Assembly: GCA_009914755.4 (NCBI GenBank) | Contig: CP086569.2 | Coordinates: 2,976,001-3,040,000 of the forward strand | Origin: the human T2T-CHM13v2.0 reference genome, Homo sapiens | Length of the DNA: 64,000 nucleotides | Reading direction: 5' to 3' | In this document: piece after piece, positions 46,672-57,218 of the stretch | Layout: each line of letters begins with the position of its first letter | Position numbering within the stretch: position 1 is the stretch's first letter | Made by a program: the position numbers and the translations under genes | The notes under the pieces: generated by a model | Seen by the model: only the letters and a program-made list of their open reading frames with translations | Told to the model about the DNA's origin: nothing | The model's database searches: none

Positions 46672-47008
46672 TCCCTTCAAATGTATATGTTGAACTTTTA
46701 ATCCCCAATGTGATGGTATTAGAAGGTAGAGCCTTTGGGAGGTAATTAGGTCATAATTGTGAAGCCTTAATAAATGAAATTAGTACCCTTATAAGAAGAA
46801 ATATGAGAGATATGATTTTCCTTTTGGCCATGTGAGGGTATAAGAAGACAGCCATCTGCAAATCAGGAAGAGTGCTATCACCAGATACCAGATATGCCAA
46901 CATCATGATCTTGAACTTCTTCATTTTCAGACTCACGAGAAATAAACGTCTGTTGTTTAAACTACCCATTCTATAGTATTCTGTTACAGCAATCTGAACT
47001 GACTGAGG
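46672..47008 (+). mobile_element. Solo LTR (MER/MLT-type ERV LTR), diverged
   Basis: caaatgtatatgttgaacttttaatccccaatgtgatggtattagaaggtagagcctttgggaggtaattaggtcat…cccttataagaagaa…ccatgtgagggtataagaagacagccatctgcaaatcaggaagag…atcatgatcttgaacttc…cagactcacgagaaataaacgtctgttgtttaaactacccattctatagtattctgttacagcaatctgaactgactgag matches a very common primate LTR consensus (…ttataagaagagacaccagag…ccaccatgtgaggacacagcaagaaggcagccatctgcaagccaggaagag…ccagaactgtgagaaataaatgtttgttgtttaagccacccagtctatggtattttgttatagcagcccgaactaagac). Confidence 0.7.
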
Positions 47009-50000
47009 TTGTACTTATCCTAGACTTCTCTCTCTATGGATTCTTAGAGCCCATAGAATGACTCCACTCATTCATAAAACTGTAAACTATGATATGTTGT
47101 TGAACCTGAAGTCTAGATAAGTAAGGCCTGAGTAAATGAGAATGAATTGTGTAGAATAATATAGCTTGAGGACTTTACCTTGTGTTGCAATTTGAAAAAA
47201 AATTTTATGTAGATAATTATTGGCATGAAGCTGAATTTGAAAGCAGGCAACTAAAAGGAGGACTGCAATGTTGGAAAAAAACACACCTCAACTTGAGATA
47301 TATGCTCTTTTTTATGATGATGACTTTGACTTTGTGACTCTTTTCTACAGTAGAAACATTTCCTTAGAAGTAATTTAAATGAATACAGCATCCCAAGTAA
47401 AGGCTATATAGAAGAGAATGTATAAAGAGAAACAATGAAAGAAAAATCTTATAAAAAGCAAGTTTTTTCTAATAAACACTGAATACTTACTATGTCCACA
47501 GTCTCTGTTTAATAAAATAAGTGTTTGGAAACTAAAAAAATATATATTAGTATATGAAGATTATGTATGTAGACATTAATAATGCAACAGGTCTTCCAAA
47601 TGCAGGAAAAGTAATAAAACAATTTTTACGGGGAAGAAAAGACAATACATACTTTGCAAACTACTTATGCAAATCTGAATAATGCCTTGTACACACACAA
47701 ACCTACAAAAATGATAGATATTAATTCCACATGATGAGGAGATGAATATTGAATAGTTTAATGTACACTGTTGTTTGTTATAATAAATATGAGAGAAAAT
47801 ATATGATGAAATTTAGCTTTTCCACTACATACAAGATGAAGATACTCAAGAAAACATTGGTCACTATCATTTTAATGGTGATACAAATGTATTTTTCAAC
47901 CAACTGCTTGTTTTTACCTCAATGTTTATCTTCAGGAAGAGCTACAGGTTTTATTTCTGACCTGCAGCACAATTATAATTGAAATCGGTCTCAAACTGCA
48001 CTTTTGTCCAATTATCTGATATTGTGTTTGTGTGTTGGTGAGTGTTGTGTATTTTTGTGTTTATTTCTAAACACTTCTACTTCATCTATATACGTTAGCA
48101 AACCGATTAGTAAACTACATCTCCTTGGTACCCTAATGACACATTAGAAAATTCTCTGAAAAAAGTAAAGTATAAAAAATAAGATAGTTCCTAGTTTTAA
48201 CAAATTGGACTGTAATATGTCTTACAATAATAAAAATATTTTAGAATCTATATCTACTGAATACTTACTATATCCTAGAGACCAGCCTAATTATTCAAAG
48301 CCATCCACAAAATAATTACTCTGAAGTAGTAAATATTATCATGTTTTAGAAATGAAGGAACTTAGACTTAAAATGATTAGTTTTCCTAAGTTTACAAGTT
48401 ATTAACTGATGGAACTGAGAATCAAACCTAGTAAAGCTGGTTTTGAGATATTTAGTCTCTCAAAAGTCTCCTTTTATATGACAGAAAGATATTTAAAGAA
48501 ATTAATAAAAATCTAATAGTTGTTAGGAACCAGAAGGAATATCCTCAGCAAATCAAATTTTTGGGGTTCTTAAAAGTTACAAGGAAGATAGCACTAAATT
48601 GATTTAATCAACAAATATTAGAGGTAATAGTGGTCATTTTCAAATAAACCCCAAAGAAGCTGCATGCTCAGTATAAACAAATAGAAGATTGACACTTGGA
48701 AATGGAGTAATAATCAAAATAATTAATTAAAAATCTGTTTAGAACAGCTGACCCCTCTGGGTTTATCTCCTCTCCCCGTGTGGCCAACAGCCATGGCTTT
48801 GGTATGCAAATAAGCAGCCAAAAAATGCTTCCTATAAAAACTGGATGATGCTTCTGGGAAAGGATTCTAGTGTGAATGTTTGGGCATGTAAAGAAAGAAG
48901 TTTGACAGTGAGGTAAACGCCTAATTCCAGAACTCCACAAACATTACTAAGGGAAAACAAAGAGGTATTGTCTGCTCAGCTTAAGAGGAAAATATGTTGA
49001 CTCTCCCCTACACTTTGATGCTTTCTGTGGTTCATTTTGGTTTGAAATAAGGTGCAGAGAGAGCAATTAAATAACCAGGTTTGCTCAATTGTAAATAGCC
49101 CAATTAATTTTTGTAATTATACTTTTATAATAATCATCAAAGGAATGAACTTGACTATTTCTTAGAGCCTCCCACAATTAGAATAGGTTAAATAATATGG
49201 ATTAATGAGCACCATTTCTTTTTTGCATTGCTGTGATTATGCCAATAGGTAAAATACAGATATGAGTCCCAAGAGCTTCTTAAACTCCCAAGTTCTCTTC
49301 AAGTTCTTTAACTTACCACTCATATTCAGTTCTCTGTTCAAAGCCCACCTGAATGTTACCCATCCCTTACCACCCAATGTAAAACTAACAAGCTCAAATC
49401 TAGGCTATACCTGGATTATGTATTAATAATACATTCTTCATTTCCATGCAGTATATTTATTTATAATATTATTAGTATAAGGAGGGGGTCTCATTTTCAA
49501 CAAAGAGAAATCACATTCATACCGTCAATTTTTTATCAAGACCTTATTTAAATTCTATCTGTCATGGGTTCATTGCACTTAATATGATCAAAATCACAGA
49601 GATGTAGACTATTTGGAGCTTTTTTATAGTCATTTACTTGTATTATCCTCATATATTTCACATTTACTCCCTTGTTCATCTCATGTAGTACTGTGGCTTA
49701 AATTGTCATGTATATGGTAATGACTTCAGCTGTCCACCTAAATCTATTCTAGCTGTCCACCAGAATCTATTATCTCCTTTCATAATAATAGAATTGCTGC
49801 TGGACATTTGACTGTCCAGCTGTTCTTGCAGTAAAATTGTGCCACCATTTGCTGCATGAGGTCATATCACATAAGTTATTCATCTTTGGCCATGAAGTTA
49901 CCAGTGCTGAAGATGATATAAGGAAGCTGAGTTCCTTAAAGACTTTGAAAAGAAGAGCTGACTGCCAAACATACCTATGCTAAAAATTCTCCATTATATC

Positions 50001-51661
50001 CCAATCTTGGGGTAAAAACCAAAGTCATTTTAATAATGTATACAGTAATACACGTTTACACATCAGCAGGACTCACTCTTTCGGTTTTCTTAGGTGCTGA
50101 TTCAGATGTTACTTTCTGGTCCAGGCTTCTTCTGGCTATTATATTAAAATTATGCCCATTTTGTAATTCTTACACTTTGCCCCATCTTTAGTATTTTTTC
50201 ATACTTTTTCTTATATGAAATTTTCAATATGTTACTTGTTTTTGTTTCTCCTAACTTTTAAGAATGCAAGTACTAAGCTGTCATATATATTTTAAAATAT
50301 AGAAAATAATTAAGCATACGTTTTAATTCTGTGGGTTAAGAATTAAAGCGGGAATCAGCTGGGTGGTATTTGTTCCCATAATATTGGCTGGGGTTATTCA
50401 TGTAGTGGTACTCGGTTAGGAACTCTGCCGTAGCTAAGAAGTTCAGGGTAGCCTTGAACTACAGAGTTTCTCTCATTATGCTTCTCATCATTCAGTAATC
50501 TATCCTGGGCATTCCTTTTTTTCATTTTTATTTTAGATACGTAGGGTATATTTTATTTGAGATACAGGGGGTATTTTATCACATGGGTATAATGCACTCA
50601 GGAGGTGAGCATAGTTCACAACAGGTAGTTTTTTGAACCTTGCTTCCCTCCCTCCCTCACCTCTCTAGCAGTCTACACAGTGTCCATTGTTTCCATGTTT
50701 ATGTTCATGGGTGCTCAATGTTTAGCTCCCATTATAAATGAGAAGACATGGTATTTGGTCTTTTGTTCCTGCATTAATTTGCTTAGGATTATGGCCTCTA
50801 GTTCCATCCACATTGCTGCAAAGGACATAATTTTATTATATATTATGGCTGCATAGTATTCCATGGGGTATATGTACTACATTTTCTTTATTCAATCTAC
50901 CATTGATGGGCACATGGGTTGATTCCCTGTCTTCGCAATTGTGAATAGCACAGTGATGAACTTACGAGTGTATGTGCCTTTTTGGTAAAATCACTTATTT
51001 TTTGGGGGTGGGTATATACCCAGTAAAGGGATTACTGGGTTGAATGGTAGCTCTGTTTTAAGTTATTTGAGAAATCCCCAAACTACTTTCCACAGTGGCT
51101 GAACTAATTTACATTCCCATAAGCAGTGCATATGTGTTCCTTTTTCTCTACAACCTTGCCAACATTTGTTAGTTTACTTTTAATAATAGCCATTTTGACT
51201 GGTGTGAGATAGTATCTCATTGTGGATTTGATTTGTGATTAGTGACTGATGATTAGTGATGTCGAGCAAATATTTTTCATGTTTGTTGGCTGCTTTTCTC
51301 TCTTTTGAGAAGTGTTTGCTCGTTTACTTTGACCATTTTTAATTGGGTTATTTGGTTTTTGCTTGTTGAATTAAGTTCCTTATAGATTCTGAATATCAGA
51401 CCTTTGTCTCATACATAGTTTGCAAGTATTTTCTCCCATTTGGTAGATTGTCTGTTTGCTCTCTTGATAGTTTCTTTTGCTGTCCAGAAGCTTTTTTTAG
51501 TTTAATTAGGTCCAGTTTGTCTATATTTTTGGGTGGGGGTATAATTGCTGTTGGGGACTTAGCCAAAAATTATTTGCCAAGGCAGATGCTGAGAAGGGTA
51601 TTTTTTACATGTCTTCTAAGATTTTTATACTCTGAAGTCTTACATTTAAATATTAGATTTT

Positions 51662-51938
51662 GCCGAGCATGGTGGCTCACACCTGTGATCCTAGCCCTTT
51701 GGGAGGTCGAGACAGGCAGATCATTTGAGCCCAGAAGTTTGAGACCAGCCTGGCAATATGTACAAAATAATACAAAAATGAGCCGGGCATGGTAATGTAT
51801 ACCTGTGGTCCCAGCAACTCTGGTGACTGAGGTAGGAGGATCACCTGAGTCCAGTTGGTTGAGGCTGTAGTAAGCCACGATTGTACCACTGCACACCAGT
51901 CTGGCGACAGAGTGACATCCTCTCTTAAAAAAAAAAAA
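51662..51938 (+). mobile_element. Alu (AluS-like) inserted in the minus-strand L1 ORF2
   Basis: gccgagcatggtggctcacacctgtgatcctagccctttgggaggtcgagacaggcagatcatttgagcccagaagtttgagaccagcctggcaatatgtacaaaataatacaaaaatgagccgggcatggtaatgtatacctgtggtcccagc…(a)12. Flank repeat ttaaat.t.t. Confidence 0.9.
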
Positions 51939-53033
51939 TTAAATGTATCTTGAGTTAATTTTTGTACACAGTGAAATGCAATGGTCTAGTTTCATTCTTC
52001 CGCATATGGCCAGCCAGTTATCCCAGCACCATTTATTGAATAGGGAATCCTTTCTCCATTGCTTGCTATTGATGGCCTTGTCAAAGATCATATGGTTGTA
52101 AGTGTGCAGCCTTATTTCTGAGTTTTCTATTCAGTTCCATTGGTCTATGTGTCTGTTTTTGTACCAGTAACATGCTGTTTGGTTGTTATAGACTTACAGC
52201 ATAGTTTGAATTCAGGTAGTGTGATTCCTTCAGCTTTAGTCTTTAAGCTTAGGATTGGTTTGGATTTGGGGGAATTTTTGATTCCATATAAATTTTAGAA
52301 TGGTTTTTTTGTTTGTTTTGTTTGTTTTTGCTAATTCTAGAAAAATGGTGTTAGTTGTTGGATAGGAGTAGTGTTAAATCTGTAAATTGTTTTGGGCAGA
52401 ATGGCCATATTACTATTGATTCTTTTAACCTATGAGCATGGAATATTTTTCCAATTATTTATGTCATCTCTGATGTCTTTAAGCAGTTTTTTTAGTTCTC
52501 CTCGAAGAGCTCTTTCATCTCCTTATTTAGCTGTATTCTAAGGTATTTAATTTTCTTTGTGGATATGTAAATGGGATTTTTTTCTTGATTTGACTCCCGG
52601 CCAGGGCATTATTGTAGTATAGAAATGCTACTAATTTTTGTGCTTTCATTTTATATACTGAAATTTTGCTAAACTCATTTATCAGTTCTAGTAGTCATTT
52701 GATAGTGTCTTTAGGGTTTTCTACATATAAAATGATATTGTCAGCAAAAGAGATACTTTGATTTTTCTTTTCCTATTTGGATGCCTTTTATTTCTTTATC
52801 TTTCCTGATCGACCTGGCTAGAAATTACAGTACTATGTTGAATAGTAGTGGTGAGAGTGGGCATCCCTGTCTTGTTACAGTTCTAAAAAGGAATAGTTCC
52901 AGCTTTTGCCCATTCAGTATGATATTGGCTGTAGGTTTGTCAAAGGTGGATTATTTTAAGGTATATTAGGTATATTCCTCCATTGCCTACAATGCTGAGG
53001 GTTTTATCATGAAACAAAGTTGGATTTTATCAG

Positions 53034-53192
53034 CCTGGCGTGGTGGCTCACGCCTGTAATCCCAACACTTTGGGAGGCCAAGGCGGGCGGATCAGGAGGT
53101 CAGGAGTTCAAGACCAGCCTGGCCAACATGGTGAAACTCCGTCTCTACTAAAAATACAAAAATTAGCTGGGTGCGGTGGCGCCTGCCACCTG
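53034..53192 (+). mobile_element. Partial Alu (5' ~160 bp, no A-tail) that replaces a similar length of L1 ORF2 sequence
   Basis: gcctggcgtggtggctcacgcctgtaatcccaacactttgggaggccaaggcgggcggatcaggaggtcaggagttcaagaccagcctggccaacatggtgaaactccgtctctactaaaaatacaaaaattagctgggtgcggtggcgcctg. The L1 antisense sequence resumes directly (…ctgctggatttggtttgctaatattttgttgaggattttgcat) with about 165 bp of expected L1 sequence missing. Confidence 0.8.
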
Positions 53193-56100
53193 TACTGCTG
53201 GATTTGGTTTGCTAATATTTTGTTGAGGATTTTGCATTTATGATAATCAGGGATATTGGCCTGAAGTTTTCTTTCTTTGTCGGGTCTCTGTCAGATTTTG
53301 GTATTAGGCTGATGCTGGCTTCATAGAATGAGTTATGGAGGAGTCCCTTCTGTTTTATTTTTTTGTAATAGTTTGAGCAGTGTTGATACCAGTTCTTTAT
53401 ATGTCCAGTAAAATTTGGCTGTCAATCCATCTGCTTAGGAATTTTTTCACTTGGTTTTTTTTATTATTACTGATTCAATTTCAGAGCAAAATATTGGTCA
53501 GTTCAGTGTTTCAGTCCTCCTTGTTCAATTTTGGGAGATTGTATGTTTCCAGGAATTTGTCAATTTCCTCTAGATTTTCTAATTTTTGTGCATAGAGTTG
53601 TTGATAGTATTCTTTGTGGATCTTTTGTATTTCTGTGTGATCAATTATAATGTCATCTTTGTCATTTTTGATTGTAATTATATGGATTTTTCTTAGTGGT
53701 CTACCAATCTTGTTTTTTTTTTTTTTCAAAGAACAAGATTTTCATATCCTTGATCTTTTTATAAATTTTTGCATCTCAATTTCATTAAGTTCTCTAATTT
53801 TAGTTATTTCTTTTCTTCTGCTAGTTTTCGCAGGTTTTCTTTGCCCTGCTAGTTCGTTTTGGTACAAAGATTGTTAGTTTCAGCTCTTTCTAACTTTTTG
53901 ATGAGGGCATTTGGGGCTATAAACTTCCCTCTTAATACTGCTTTAGTTGCATCCTAGAGGTATTGCTAAGTTGTGTCCCTATTTTCATTAATTTCAAAAA
54001 ATGTTTTATTTCTGCCTTAATATTGATGTTCACCCAGGAGTTATTCAGAAACAAGTTATTTAATTTCCATGTATTTGCATAGTTTTTAGAGATCTTGATA
54101 TTGATTTCTATTTTTATTGCTCTGTTGTCTGAGAGTATGCTTGGTATGATTTTAATTTTTTTGAATTTATTGAATCTTGTATTATGACCAAGTATGTGGT
54201 CAATCTTAGAATATGTTCCATGCACAGATACGAAAAATGTATATTCTGTGGTTGGTTGTTGGAGTGTTCTGTAGATGTCTATTGGCTCCAATTGGTCAAG
54301 TGTCAATTGTAAATCCAGAGTTTCTTAGTTTTCTGCCTTGATAATGTGTCTAACACTGTCAGTGGGGCGTTGAAGTCTCCCACTGTCATTGTGTGACGTT
54401 TAAATCTCTTTGTAGATCTCTACGAACTTGTTTTCTGAATCTCATTGCTGTGACATTGGGTGCTTACATATTTAGAATAATTAAGTCTTCTTGTGGAATT
54501 TTACTCTTTATCATTATTTAATGTCTTTCATTGCCCTTAATTTTTATTGGTTTAAGGTCTGTTTTATTTGATATAAATACAGTGGTGACTCCTACGCTGA
54601 TTTGTTTTCCATTTGCATGGTAGATCTTAATCCCTTTACTTTGAGCCTTTGGGTATTGTTACATGTGAGACTGGTCTCTTGAAGATAACAGATGGTTGGT
54701 CTTGCTTTTTATCTAGCTTGGCACTCTATGTCTTTTAAGAGTGGTATTTAGGCTATTTACATTGAAAGTTAATATTGTTGTGTGTAACTTTGAACCTCTC
54801 ATCATGTTGTTAGCTGGTTGTTATGCAGATTTTATTGTGTAACAGCTTTATAGTGCCTATGGGCTATGTAGCTGTGTGTTTTTATGGTAGCAGGTATCAT
54901 TTTTTTGGTTCTATGTTTAACACTCCCTTAAGGGCCTCTTGTAATGCTGGTCTAGTAGAAACACATTTCTTCAGCACTTGTTTTCTGAGGATTTTATTTC
55001 TCCTTCACTTATGCAGCTTAGTTTGGCAGAATATGAAATTCTTGGTTGGAATTTCTTTTCTTTAAGGATGCTGGAAAAAAGGCCGCACTCTCTTCTGGCT
55101 TGCAACGTTTTTGCTGAGAGTTCTGCTGCCAGCCTGATGGGGTCTCCTCTGTGTGTGACTTGACCCTTCTCTCTAGCTGCCTTCAAGATTTTTTCTTTTG
55201 CTTTGACCATGCTGAATATGATGAATATATGCCTTGAGGATAGTGATTTTTTTTTATAGTATCTAGCCAGGGTTCTCTATTTCTTGGATTTGTGTCAACC
55301 TTCCTAGCAAGATTAGGGAAATTTTCATGGACTATATCCTCAGATATATTTTTCAAGTTGTTTATTCTCTTTTTTCTCTCTCAAGAAGGCCAATAAGTAG
55401 CAGATTTGTTCTCTTTTCATAATCTCATATTTATCAGAGATTTTGTTCATTTTTTAAATTCCTTTTTCTTTATTTTTATCTGACTGAGCTGATTCAAATA
55501 AGTGGAACTCAAGCTCTGATATTGCTTCCCCAGCTTGACCTCTTCTGCTGTTCCTAATTCTGATAGTATTCTGAAATTCTTGTAGTGACTTTTTCCTTTC
55601 CAGAAGTTCAGTTTAGTTCTTTCTTAAAATGGTTATTTTGTCTTTCAGGTCTTAGATAATTTTACTGGATTCCTTGGTTTCCCTGTATTGTGTTACCACT
55701 TTCTTCTGAATCTTGATGAGCTCCCTTGCCATCCAGATTCTGTATTCTATTTCTGTTATTTCAGTCATTTCAGACTGGTTATGAACCATTGCCAGAGAGC
55801 TAGTGGACTCGTTTGAAGGTAAGGGGACACTCTGGCTCTTTTAATTGCCAGATTTCTTGTGCTGATTTTTTGTCATCTGGGACAGTTGGTGTTAAAGCCA
55901 TGCTGTAAGTTGAGTATAGTCAGTTGGCTTCATTCCTGGATACTTTCAGAGGGCCAAGGTGCTGTACAGGATCTTTATTTGTGGATGAATTCTTGTGCTT
56001 GGTTTTACAGGTATACATGTTAGTGGGATAATTTTTGGTGCTGTTTGGGCTGTGATCCAGTAGACGGTGCTTAAGAGTAATCGCCAGTAGCCAGGCTAAT

Positions 56101-57218
56101 ACCCAGCCATATGGCTCTTTTGTACTTCCTCATGTTAACAGGTATTTTCTGCAGTAGGGGCAGGGAGAAAGATGTTTCTCTCACCAGATCCATTCAAGGG
56201 ACTTGGGGGACCCTCCTCCAATCACTGGTACTGTGCTTGCATTTCTTTTGTTAGATGTTCCAGGCCATGGGGCCCCCTTGGGCACAGACTGTGGCAGGGA
56301 GACGTCCCACACCTTTTCTGGACCAGCCCTGTGGAGGGAAGAATGCTTTGCTCCCTCTCCAGCCTGGGAACCTGCACATCTTGCCCCTCTCAGTGCTCTC
56401 AGGATAAGGGCTCCTCCTCTGCTTGAGTGCTGGCCACAGACTGCAGCTCTGCACTCCTGAACTGCATGCTGCACCCTCTAGGGGCACCAGGAAATCCCAT
56501 GGCTTGGGGTTGGGTTCCAGCTGCATTGGAGGATTCAGTGTACTCCTGGTTCTCTGATAATGTACTCAGGTGTAGCAGTGTACTCGTGCTGGGCCATGGA
56601 GGCTACACTGTGCATCTGTTTTCTGGGGTAGCTAGACATGGGCCAAAGGATGGGCTGGTGGACAGGAGGGCTTGCAGAACAGATCCTGTCTAGTACAACA
56701 GGGAAGCCGGCCCCACTTTCTCCTGGCTCAGGTAAACTTGGGCAGTGCCTCCTGAAAAGGGATGGGGAACCTGGGGGATGCGCATCTCTGATGACTGTCT
56801 GTTGGTGCTGCCCAGCAAACAAAAGCTCCTGGGCTCTGTGCCATCTGAGGGACTGTCGCTGCCTGCTCCCTAAGGAGATCTCCCTACCAGCTCACACATC
56901 CATGGATGACATGAGGTATCCTGCAGCTAGGATCTCGGAGTTCCATGGCAAGAGGGAACCATCCCCCAGTTCCCTCTTCATCCCTTTCCCAGAAGCCATT
57001 TGGGGCCAGGAACTAGATCTAGTGTTTGGGAATGCGTGGAGGATTACCAGCTTCCTCTCTCTTCAACCTCAGCTTCAACATCACCCCTCTATACATTCTC
57101 AGCCTTTTATTTCCAAAAAACTGTCCAAATTATGGTGGTTTACAAGATGATTCAGTCTCACTTGGTGCAAGCAGCACTTCCTGGCTGCATCTAGTTGGCC
57201 ATCGTGCCCTTTTATATG

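Larger units (their letters stand above)
50515..57208 (-). mobile_element. Full-length older L1 (L1PB/old L1PA-like, ~6.25 kb of L1 plus two Alu-derived inserts), antisense: 3'UTR 50515-50830, ORF2 50830-54800, ORF1 54850-55800, 5'UTR 55800-57208
   Basis: Poly-T start at 50514. 3'UTR antisense (…gagatacagggggtattttatcacatgggtataatgcactcaggaggtgagcatagttcacaac…tcttttgttcctgcattaatttgcttaggattatggcctctagttccatccacattgctgcaaaggac). ORF2 C-terminus antisense begins 50840 (ttatggctgcatagtattccatggggtatatgtactacattttctttattcaatc). ORF2 start antisense at ~54750 (taggctatttacattgaaagttaatattgttgtgtgtaactttgaacctctcatcatgttgttagctgg). Minus ORF 54971..55210 is the ORF1 C-terminus (MVKAKEKILKAAREKGQVTHRGDPIRLAAELSAKTLQARRECG.FSSILKEKKFQPRISY.AKLS.ISEGEIK). 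Minus ORF 53932..54306 is the ORF2 EN domain (IDIYRTLQQPTTEYTFF.S.HGTYSKIDHILGH). The 5' terminus in reverse complement reads …cacgatggccaactagatgcagccagg. Confidence 0.85.
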
